Part shown: piece after piece, positions 1-8,558 of the stretch
Numbering within the stretch: the stretch's first letter is position 1
Layout of the letters: each line of letters starts with the position of its first letter
NCBI GenBank assembly: GCA_965261545.1
Contig: CBDHDF010000010.1
Span: 512,001 to 576,000 of the forward strand
Length of the DNA stretch: 64,000 nt
Origin: Bdellovibrionales bacterium
GTDB lineage: Bacteria > Bdellovibrionota > Bdellovibrionia > Bdellovibrionales > UBA1609
Direction: 5' to 3'
Position numbers and translations under genes: made by a program
The notes under the pieces: model-generated
Databases searched by the model: none
Told to the model about the DNA's origin: nothing
Seen by the model: only the letters and a program-made list of their open reading frames with translations

Positions 1-40
1 TTCTTGCTTTCACGCATTGTTTCAATAAGTTCATGAGTGG
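1..40 (-). pseudogene. istB: Continuation of the interrupted IstB ATPase of IS21 element 1; runs off the left edge
   Basis: The reverse complement of 1-40 reads (T)THELIETMRESK. This is in frame with ...GYRCLWVTT at 15704 once the transposon and its 5-bp TSD (agtgg 36-40 / ccact 15700-15704) are removed. Confidence 0.8.
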
Positions 41-216
41 TGTGATCCAATACTTTATTTTGACGGACTTTTCATGGGTTCCTTTGACCTCGAAGCAATT
101 TTTATGATTTTATCCTGACTGAGTTTAAGTTGTTGAGAGTGATATTTTGATTAGCAAGGTGTGTCGAGGTGAAGTGAGTGAAAAAAGGATGACTGATTCT
201 CTCTGTTTGGTTTGCT

Positions 217-567
217 CTCCCGCCTGGTGGCTCAAGAAATTAAGAGCACTTGAGATTTCCAAGTTCTCTTGGAAGGATAATTTCGCTGTATCTGATTTGA
301 TGGATTATTTTTGGAAGCCTAGTTCCTGGCATTTAAAGCAGGAGATCCTCCCACAGGTGGTGGCTACTTGCTTGAATCGACGCAACATCCTGTTGCGGAT
401 CTTTCAGTCTCGGGCTCCTGCCCTCGCCCCTCAGCCCCAGGGGGCTTTCGGGTACGACTGAAAGATTCTTAGTCTCGATTCCACATTGAGAGGAGATTGA
501 GAGGAGCGTCCTATCCAGTGGGACTTTATTTGGCCCCTCAGGGAGAATAACTACCGACCATGTAGTT
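217..567. ncRNA. Putative structured RNA in the transposon right end; no family recognised
   Basis: Nested perfect stems: gaatcga 374-380/tcgattc 475-481, cgcaaca 381-387/tgttgcg 391-397, atctttcagtc 399-409/gactgaaagat 456-466. Further hairpins at 231-254, 257-274, 412-423, 433-446 and 549-567. Confidence 0.4.
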
Positions 568-990
568 TAAATAAGTTCTGTGGCGGCTTGGCGAACATGT
601 TCTTCTGTAATTTGTTCTTCAGAAGCTTTCATACATGCAATCAATGAACCTCTGGCAATCAAATTGGCTTTTCTTAGCAAGCCTCCAGAGCCCTGCCAAA
701 TGGCTGTGACAGCATTATCTGTCATGAGTTTATTCTTGATTCCAGAGATTTTAAGGTGATGATCTAGATAATTTCTCATATTTTCTTCATTAAGAGCTGG
801 TAGGTGAGCGTGGGTCATCACACGAGAAGCCAAGGGCAGAGAAGTTCTATACTTCAATTTATCAAGAAGGTTATTCTGTCCCACCAAAATAAGTGAGAAT
901 CTTTTTTCAGAATCAAAGTTGAATTGGTTAATCGTATGCAATTCAGCAAAGACATCGACTCTCAATAAGGATGCCTCATCAATGATAACC
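567..990 (-). pseudogene. C-terminal half of the ExeA/TnsC-like AAA ATPase, split by an IS4 insertion and the inversion
   Basis: Reads VIIDEA (Walker B)...LILVGQ...SGGLLRKAN. Joins in frame to 19154-19543 across the TSD ggttatcatt. Confidence 0.9.
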
Positions 991-1166
991 CATAGGTGTT
1001 CGTGGTTTTTTTCTAATTTTAATTCCGAATTAATGGAAATACTTTTCAAGCCTCCTTTTTTACATAGAGGGAAGTGGGCGATTTATAAATATTTATAGAT
1101 GGTATTTTGAGAAATGGACGCAGATTGACATTTGATATCCACGACAAGCCATGTGTTTTAAGAGAC

Positions 1167-1631
1167 TTAATTGTGTAACGAAAGAACTGTGGACTTTTGG
1201 GAACAACAGAATTTAAATTTCTTTCCACTTCCGCATGGACAGGATTGATTTCTTCCAATTTTTTCGCTTTGGTCATTTTTCTGCTGTGATGCAGACATAT
1301 CTTCAGTTACAATTTTTTTTTGCTTTTCATCTTCCAAATCCTCATCCAAATTATCAAAAAGAATATCTCCTAGATTCTGGTGAAAGTAACGATTTTTAAA
1401 TTGAGATATGAGCATCATAAAAATACATGTAAGAACCAAAAGTGTGAGTGAAGCAAAAAACAAAGAAGATGCTTGCATCTGAGTTAATGGGAGGATGAGT
1501 GCCAGTAAATAACCAAATCCAAATACCAATAAGGAAATAAGAAGAGATATAAAGGATCCCAAAGAAAGTAATATTAAAAGTCCAAAAATCATTGCTATTT
1601 TTTGCTCCTGTCGAATACAATGAATCCGCAT
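1167..1631 (-). CDS. Membrane protein with C-terminal SEC-C Zn-binding motif (IS passenger)
   Basis: Hydrophobic N-terminal helices, acidic linker, C-terminal KIGRNQSCPCGSGKKFKFCC. Confidence 0.85.
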   Translation of the reverse strand: MRIHCIRQEQKIAMIFGLLILLSLGSFISLLISLLVFGFGYLLALILPLTQMQASSLFFASLTLLVLTCIFMMLISQFKNRYFHQNLGDILFDNLDEDLEDEKQKKIVTEDMSASQQKNDQSEKIGRNQSCPCGSGKKFKFCCSQKSTVLSLHN

Positions 1632-1736
1632 AGATACAAGTGAGTTATCTACAGACTTAATGATTCTCGCGTTAGTATCTTAATAGGTCAAGATTAATTG
1701 GAGGAAATTTTTATTTTTTAAACGCAGGGGGCAAAT

Positions 1737-2981
1737 ATGAGCACGGAAGCTCAAACACTTAAAACGATCAAAAAATGTTTCAAGAAAGTTATTCCTGAAA
1801 AGGACTCTCGGGCAACCATTCCACCTCTTGAGTTTATTGTGGCTCTTGTCTTGTCATTCCAGGGAGACTCTAAGACATATTCAATAGAGGGAATTAGGAG
1901 GTTTATGATAAGTCATTTAGGATTAAGAATTGAAAGACACAGCTTCTGGGAAAGACTCTCTAGAAAAAGATTAAAAGAGCTTCTGAGTAAACTGGTTGAA
2001 ATGCTCATGATAAAGCTATCTCATGGAGCTTTTCATGGGAGCAAAGCCATATTATTACAACTGGGAGTCTCAGACGTTCTTCTTGTTGACTCAAGCACAA
2101 TAAGCCTTTGGGATGGAGCATCTGAGAATTTTCCAGGGACAAGAACAAACGCAGGAATTAAATGGCACGCTTGTTTCAGTTTATTCAGTGGTATAATGAC
2201 TTGGTTCGAATTAACTCCGTCTTCCACTAACGATAGGAAGTGCTTTCCTGATATAAAGGAACTCGTTGGAAAATTAGTCATCTTTGATTTGGGATATTGG
2301 GACTATGGCTTATTGTCATCTATTCATGAAGCTAAAGGATTTTTCTTGTCTAGAGTAAAGTCAAATGCCTCTATTCTTATTGATGCTGTTGTTGAAGGTT
2401 TGCCAGATTACTATGTTGGAAAAGAGTTCTCTGATATTAAACTCAAGAAAAAAAACGATGTTGTTGAATTTATAGGCAGTGTCTTGTCCAATGGTAAATG
2501 GGTAAGTTTGAGAATTGTAGGCTTCTGGAATTCCTCCGAAAAACGCTATCATTGGTATTGCACGAATTTAGATGTGGCAGCGGAGTCCATATATCCAATT
2601 TATCGTTTACGTTGGCAATGTGAACTTATTTTCAAATCTTGTAAGAATTCTTTGAATGCAAATCAGATCACCTCAAACGATCAAAATATCATAGAGAGTC
2701 TTCTTCTTGCTTCATTAGCGGCTCACCTCACATCAAGTGTTGTTTTGAGGATAGGAAGAACTAAACTCAATAAGGAACAAAATGACTCCACATCGTTTCA
2801 AAGAGTTGCTAAGGTTACCGTCTTATTAGCCTCTGATTTTATCAAATATCTCCTAAGCTCATCTCAAAAGTATTTAAATATTTTGATAGAGAAGATCAAG
2901 ATATTCTCCCATGAAATTTATGACACAAACTACCGACGGCGAAAAACATCAATGAATATGGCTAAAAAGGTCTTGCTATGA
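1737..2981 (+). CDS. IS4-family DDE transposase
   Basis: Motifs LVDSS, IFDLGY and YRLRWQCELIFK (YREK-type). 414 aa, intact. Confidence 0.95.
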   Translation: MSTEAQTLKTIKKCFKKVIPEKDSRATIPPLEFIVALVLSFQGDSKTYSIEGIRRFMISHLGLRIERHSFWERLSRKRLKELLSKLVEMLMIKLSHGAFHGSKAILLQLGVSDVLLVDSSTISLWDGASENFPGTRTNAGIKWHACFSLFSGIMTWFELTPSSTNDRKCFPDIKELVGKLVIFDLGYWDYGLLSSIHEAKGFFLSRVKSNASILIDAVVEGLPDYYVGKEFSDIKLKKKNDVVEFIGSVLSNGKWVSLRIVGFWNSSEKRYHWYCTNLDVAAESIYPIYRLRWQCELIFKSCKNSLNANQITSNDQNIIESLLLASLAAHLTSSVVLRIGRTKLNKEQNDSTSFQRVAKVTVLLASDFIKYLLSSSQKYLNILIEKIKIFSHEIYDTNYRRRKTSMNMAKKVLL

Positions 2982-3107
2982 AAGAATAAAAAACCACGAA
3001 CACCTATGAACCTTTATGGCTATCGAATGGATTGAGCTATCTATCCTCACCTCATAATAAAGTCATTGTCTACTTTTCGCTATATGCTTAAAGAACTACT
3101 GAGATTT

Positions 3108-4115
3108 TTATGAGGCTGTTTTAATATATTTTACATTTTTGTATTTCCTGTAGGGTTTAAATTTTTCTTCAGACTTCAAAACTCCTAATGCTAAAGCAGC
3201 TATTCTTCTTGAAATGGCGTTCCTGGCTTTGTGTGGTGGATAATTTCTTTCTGTAATTAACTGCTCATACCAGTCATTGAATTCATTTTTCCCACCAATA
3301 ACTGTCAATGCAGCCACCTTAAAAACACATTTCATTTGCCGACAAGATCTAGAGTTTTTCTTTCCATAAATTTTTCCACCACTAACTCTAGCCAGCTTCA
3401 CTAGTCCACAGTAACTCCACCAAGAATTGCGTTCAAATCGATGAGGGTCTACAACACGAGCTACGATTTTAACAGCATTGATGTGTCCAATTCCTGGAAT
3501 TCCCTGGAGGTGTTTAATTTCTTTGTGTTTTCTGGCCAGTCTCTTGAATTCTGCGTCATAACGCTTCTTCTCTTCTTCATAAAAGGCAATGCTCGTATCC
3601 AATCCAAGGAGTACGAATATATCTTCTGATCTTTTTAACTCTGTTTTTTTCTTCGCATTTTCATGGGAGGCTCGAAACAATGCTGATCTCTGGTTTTTGC
3701 TTCGAACTCCTGCTTTGATAACATCTTCATATCCACTGATAATTTTTCTAAGATAAATAAAATCATCCCCTGAATGAAAGACTCTTTTTAAAAGACCTGA
3801 ACGCAACAGATGAACCAGCTTCTGAGCATCAATTTTATCATTCTTGGGTCCCTCACTCAGTAATTTATTGCGACAGGGATCACAAATCAAGAGTTCATCA
3901 ACATGATCTTTTAACTCTGTATATAGCCACTGTGAAGCCGTACTTTCTTCAATGGTGAGAGCTTTTGTGCCTTTAAGACTCTTCAAGTAGATTTGGAGTT
4001 CACTAACATCAGCTTTCACATCAGTGGCCTTGATGGCATTAGATTTGGCTGTCATTCTTGCAATGGCCATGTTGCTTTGCGCCCAGTCAACGGCGATATA
4101 ATGATCGTACTTCAT
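3108..4115 (-). CDS. IS110-family DEDD recombinase (intact copy)
   Basis: Motifs AVDWAQ, TIEES, KNDKIDA, IPGIG helix-hairpin-helix and SGG. The start is placed at MKYDHY after the RBS aggagg. Confidence 0.93.
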   Translation of the reverse strand: MKYDHYIAVDWAQSNMAIARMTAKSNAIKATDVKADVSELQIYLKSLKGTKALTIEESTASQWLYTELKDHVDELLICDPCRNKLLSEGPKNDKIDAQKLVHLLRSGLLKRVFHSGDDFIYLRKIISGYEDVIKAGVRSKNQRSALFRASHENAKKKTELKRSEDIFVLLGLDTSIAFYEEEKKRYDAEFKRLARKHKEIKHLQGIPGIGHINAVKIVARVVDPHRFERNSWWSYCGLVKLARVSGGKIYGKKNSRSCRQMKCVFKVAALTVIGGKNEFNDWYEQLITERNYPPHKARNAISRRIAALALGVLKSEEKFKPYRKYKNVKYIKTAS

Positions 4116-4208
4116 AGGTTCCTCCTCCTTAGGTGGTTCTTTGTAACTAAATTTGTTCTCTGCCATTCATTGTAATAATAAATTTTTCGCCTGCTTATCG
4201 GTTTTTGG

Positions 4209-4378
4209 CTTGCTCGTTTGGGGCCTCTCACCCGTGAGAGGAGGCCCCAGCGAGCAAGGGAAAGAGTGAAAGATGCGCTGCACTCCCCAGTCCGTCTAGC
4301 GAAGCGGCAATTAGAGTGACAGACGCGGAGCGGCTGGCCACGATAATTGAGGACTGGGAAAAGAGTGCTAAGCATCTT
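4209..4378 (-). ncRNA. Candidate IS110 bridge RNA core, copy 1
   Basis: Two consecutive long stem-loops in the non-coding leader of the IS110 gene. Mirror image of 6108-6277. Confidence 0.55.
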
Positions 4379-4549
4379 GATCGGCTGTCTACATCTAAAT
4401 TGTGTGAGGGCAACCAAGTTCCTAAGCGATTTCTGTACTTTAGTCACATTTAAATGCTTGAAGTTCTCTTGGGGAACTCGGAGGCTCAAGACTATTTTTT
4501 TTGCATATGGCATGTATGTTTGAACGAGACTTTGGGTGACCATCTTTTT

Positions 4550-5936
4550 CGATTTACCGCTTAAGAATGGTTGAATTTATCCTAAGAAAGGTGTTGTTTT
4601 AGCAAATAAAATATGTGACATTATTTTTAAAGGAGCATTGGAGACTTCAAAATTTTAAATTTACAAAGGAGCGAACAAAATGACAAGTTCGCGTCACAAA
4701 CCACAAGAATATTATTTCTTATTTACCCAAAGAATTCAACAAGAATCACTGCGTTAATGAAAATAAAACTCTAAGAAACAGGAAAATCACCCCAAAAATA
4801 TTTTTCTTTTTCATTCTTCAACTCGCCTGCAATATGACCTTTGCAGGTTACTCCTCAAATGCCCAAATACTTCAAACCCTTATTGAGGAGTTTCCCTCTC
4901 TTGCACAAAGCTCTTTATGTGTCTTCAGACAAAAAATATCCTTTTATTTTTTTAAAAATATTTTCGACAATCATCTCAAAGACTCTTGGGGGGCACTAAA
5001 AACTTATCAAGGATTTCACCTTGTAGGCATTGATGGAGACGAATATAGCCTTAGTGCGACAGGTGATGCGTTGGAGCAAGGGTATCGTGGTCGCGGGGCT
5101 CCTGAAGATAAAGAGACTTATTATCCACGCATGTATGTTGTAAAAGCTATTCATTTACTATCTGGAGTCATCTGCGGATTTTATCATGCAAATACCTGTA
5201 ATGAGATTCTAGGAGCCTTAGGAATTTTAGAAAATTTACCCCAAAAAATCATTGCTGTTTATGATAGACTCTACTTATCAAAGGACTTGCTACAAGCACA
5301 TCAAGTTCATGGTAGCTATTTTATCTTCCGCTGCAAAGTAGGGTCTACATTTAAAGAGATAGTTAATTTTGCGGCAAGCCATATGAGAACAGCAGATGTT
5401 GTCTTAGATGGTGTGAGTGTACGGCTGATAAAGATCAAAAATCCTAAGACAGGCAAAGATTTGGTCTTTGCCACAAATCTTCCTAAAAAGAATTGGAGTA
5501 AGAAGAAGATCGAACAAATTTATCAACTTCGTTGGGAGTGTGAGACCAGTAATAGAGATCACACTCTTTCTATAAATATGGAATCCTTGCATTCAAAAAG
5601 TATTAATGGAGTCTTACAAGAGCTGTATGCCTCATTCATTCTTAATAATATGCTCCGCCTAGAAGCTCATGAAAATGGAGGTTTCGAGGTAAGTCCAGAT
5701 ACTCCCATTACGAAGAAAGTTAATTTTAAATTTTTAGTAGAAATGTCTTTTGATTGGTTGGAAAAGATATGGTTTGAAAAAATTGAGGAATTTGTGAATC
5801 TGATGAAAAATCTTGTTACAAAAAATATCTCAAAGAGAAAGAGGATGTCAAGATGGTACGAAAGAGAGATTAAAGGATGTAGGAAGTCCTATAAAAATAG
5901 TGCTCTTGTTGTTCGGAGGGTTTAAACGGTAAATCG
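4550..5936 (+). mobile_element. IS4-family element A (about 1387 bp) at the centre of an inverted duplication
   Basis: TIR cgatttaccgcttaa / ttaaacggtaaatcg, with the transposase stop inside the right TIR. The exact outer base is inferred because the flanks are inverted copies of each other rather than a direct TSD. Confidence 0.75.
4684..5925 (+). CDS. IS4-family transposase; the frame is open 50 codons upstream of the first ATG (4834)
   Basis: Motifs GIDGD, VYDRLY and YQLRWECE. The upstream part encodes RNRKITPKIFFF, similar to RNRKFNPQIFFF in element B. Confidence 0.88.
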   Translation, partial: QVRVTNHKNIISYLPKEFNKNHCVNENKTLRNRKITPKIFFFFILQLACNMTFAGYSSNAQILQTLIEEFPSLAQSSLCVFRQKISFYFFKNIFDNHLKDSWGALKTYQGFHLVGIDGDEYSLSATGDALEQGYRGRGAPEDKETYYPRMYVVKAIHLLSGVICGFYHANTCNEILGALGILENLPQKIIAVYDRLYLSKDLLQAHQVHGSYFIFRCKVGSTFKEIVNFAASHMRTADVVLDGVSVRLIKIKNPKTGKDLVFATNLPKKNWSKKKIEQIYQLRWECETSNRDHTLSINMESLHSKSINGVLQELYASFILNNMLRLEAHENGGFEVSPDTPITKKVNFKFLVEMSFDWLEKIWFEKIEEFVNLMKNLVTKNISKRKRMSRWYEREIKGCRKSYKNSALVVRRV

Positions 5937-6107
5937 AAAAAGATGGTCACCCAAAGTCTCGTTCAAACATACATGCCATATGCAAAAAAAATAGTCTTGA
6001 GCCTCCGAGTTCCCCAAGAGAACTTCAAGCATTTAAATGTGACTAAAGTACAGAAATCGCTTAGGAACTTGGTTGCCCTCACACAATTTAGATGTAGACA
6101 GCCGATC

Positions 6108-6277
6108 AAGATGCTTAGCACTCTTTTCCCAGTCCTCAATTATCGTGGCCAGCCGCTCCGCGTCCGTCACTCTAATTGCCGCTTCGCTAGACGGACTGGG
6201 GAGTGCAGCGCATCTTTCACTCTTTCCCTTGCTCGCTGGGGCCTCCTCTCACGGGTGAGAGGCCCCAAACGAGCAAG
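6108..6277 (+). ncRNA. Candidate IS110 bridge RNA core, copy 2
   Basis: Stem 1: aagatgc..gcactc..cccagtc pairs with gactggg gagtgc..gcatctt (6108-6216). Stem 2: cttgctcg..ggggcc..ctctcac pairs with gtgagaggcccc..cgagcaag (6228-6277). Confidence 0.55.
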
Positions 6278-6370
6278 CCAAAAACCGATAAGCAGGCGAA
6301 AAATTTATTATTACAATGAATGGCAGAGAACAAATTTAGTTACAAAGAACCACCTAAGGAGGAGGAACCT

Positions 6371-7148
6371 ATGAAGTACGATCATTATATCGCCGTTGAC
6401 TGGGCGCAAAGCAACATGGCCATTGCAAGAATGACAGTCAAATCTAATGCCATCAAGGCCACTGATGTGAAAGCTGATGTTAGTGAACTCCAAATCTACT
6501 TGAAGAGTCTCAAAGGCACAAAAGCTCTCACCATTGAAGAAAGTACGGCTTCACAGTGGCTATATACAGAGTTAAAAGATCATGTTGATGAACTCTTGAT
6601 TTGTGATCCCTGTCGCAATAAATTACTGAGTGAGGGACCCAAGAATGATAAAATTGATGCTCAGAAGCTGGTTCATCTGTTGCGTTCAGGTCTTTTAAAA
6701 AGAGTCTTTCATTCAGGGGATGATTTTATTTATCTTAGAAAAATTATCAGTGGATATGAAGATGTTATCAAAGCAGGAGTTCGAAGCAAAAACCAGAGAT
6801 CAGCATTGTTTCGAGCCTCCCATGAAAATGCGAAGAAAAAAACAGAGTTAAAAAGATCAGAAGATATATTCGTACTCCTTGGATTGGATACGAGCATTGC
6901 CTTTTATGAAGAAGAGAAAAAGCGTTATGACGCAGAATTCAAGAGACTGGCCAGAAAACACAAAGAAATTAAACACCTCCAGGGAATTCCAGGAATTGGA
7001 CACATCAATGCTGTTAAAATCGTAGCTCGTGTTGTAGACCCTCATCGATTTGAACGCAATTCTTGGTGGAGTTACTGTGGACTAGTGAAGCTGGCTAGAG
7101 TTAGTGGTGGAAAAATTTATGGAAAGAAAAACTCTAGATCTTGTCGGC
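6371..7148 (+). pseudogene. IS110 recombinase copy 2, truncated by IS21 element 1
   Basis: Near-identical to copy 1 up to ...NSRSCR. The sequence then switches to the IS21 terminus TGTTAGCTGACAATTAAAATG at 7149. Confidence 0.92.
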
Positions 7149-7964
7149 TGTTAGCTGACAATTAAAATGCCCCACCGTCGCCAATGAAAAGTGGCCACTT
7201 TTCAGAGGAGGACCTATGGTGATTTTTGGCATTGTCAACCGAGACGCATATAATCAATTGATATTACTCATAAAAAGGCTCCGAGCTGATAAGAACTCCT
7301 TTTGGGTTCTTGTCGACCTGGAAAGGGGCTCCGTGTTGGAGAGTCCTTCCATGACAGCCTATTCAGGTTCCATATTTGTCATTTGTAGACTGTTTCTGGA
7401 TTTCAATGAGGTTAAATATATAGTCAAGAAAAGCCTGTTTAGGCTGTGCCCATTTTCTAAAGTATTTAAATTCCACAAGATTCCAACATTTGCCTCAATT
7501 TTCATGGAATTTCTTTTTGAAGACAGGCTTCCCTTAAAGCCGTCGCCAATTAAAATGTCCCACTTTCAATATGGAGGTTGTCGCCAATGAAAAGTGACCA
7601 ATCTTCAGGGAGTGTTCAAATACTAGACAATGAAGTCTCTTCTTCTGATATAGATACTAAGCTCACAGAGTCCCTCCCTTTTGCAACTCAAAAGGTTAGC
7701 AATGAGGAGGATCTTATGATTAGTCAATACACTTTCGGCCGCATTCGTGACCTGAGTCACAGTGGTAAAAATAAGACAGAAATATCTCGTGAATTAGGGA
7801 TCAATCGTAAGACGGTGGGCAAGTACTGTGAGTCCAACACCCCACCGAAGTACAAGGCGAGGTCCAAAAGAACTCGCCCAGATCCCCTTAATGGATATAT
7901 GGATCGGGTGAAGTACTTTTTGAAGTTGAACCCAAGTAACACCGCCCGTGAAATATATGAGCTA

Positions 7965-8558
7965 CCTGAAATCCCTAAAAGTTGTAACTAGGTTTAATGT
8001 ATTGCGTTAACTCTCTTTTCCTATGGAATTGGCTACTATCAACGGTTTGAGAGGTTTAATAGTATTAATATATTTAATATGACTCATAAAAATCTTCTTC
8101 GAAAGGTCCTTCGTTCCCATTGGATCGACAATATAAATTAGGCATAGTGGTAGCCTGCTTCTCTTCCTTGTCCCAAAAGCTTTTAACTTTATAGAGATAG
8201 GTTTTTCTTCAGTAACCCTCTCCAAAATTAGTTTCAGCTCCTATAGCCTGTTTCATGTGTTCTTGGGAAAGATATATCGCAGATTTTTCCTCTATTTGAA
8301 ACAATTTTGAGAGATATTTCTTTCATTAAGATTATTATAAGAGTACACAGTTTAAAATAGCAGTGCCAAGTTTCAAAACGAATCTCGGCAAGAACTACTG
8401 GTTTTTTCCTTATTTTTTTGCTCAAAAGTGTATGACATCGTTAATATTGTAACTATGCTTTTGAAGAGATGAAAATCTCTTAATCAAAGTGAAGGCCTTC
8501 TCAGACAATAATCAGGACTTAAGTCCTATACCTAGTTACAACTTTTAGGGATTTCAGG
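7965..8558. mobile_element. 594-bp non-autonomous element (MITE)
   Basis: Perfect 28-bp TIR cctgaaatccctaaaagttgtaactagg. 6-bp TSD gagcta (7959-7964, 8559-8564). No transposase inside. Confidence 0.92.

Larger units (their letters stand above)
41..990 (-). mobile_element. Right arm of a three-gene TnsB/TnsC-like (Mu/Tn7-superfamily) transposon
   Basis: The terminus TGTGATCCAATACTTTATTTTGAC (41-64) matches TGTTATACGATACTTTATTCTGAC (15705-15728). 5-bp TSD. Repeated T-rich..TGAC motifs end at about 64, 88 and 119. Confidence 0.88.
991..3008 (+). mobile_element. IS4-family element with passenger gene (transporter IS), copy 1, 2018 bp
   Basis: TIR cataggtgttcgtggttttt at 991 and inverted ending at 3008. 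An inverted copy of the same length lies at 19544-21561. The 10-bp TSDs are exchanged between the two copies. Confidence 0.93.

Noticed and set aside
147..461. 104-aa ORF in the transposon right end
   Set aside because: TTG start, no recognisable motif, antisense to the element's genes, and it overlaps the stem-rich region.
567..1049. 160-aa stand-alone ORF, or a type II secretion ExeA gene
   Set aside because: Its first about 20 codons come from the IS4 end. It is the 3' half of the transposon ATPase, and no secretion genes are nearby.
4112..4543. 143-aa ORF upstream of IS110 (and its mirror at 5943-6374)
   Set aside because: It spans the structured leader and the probable element boundary and has no protein motif, so it is more likely non-coding.
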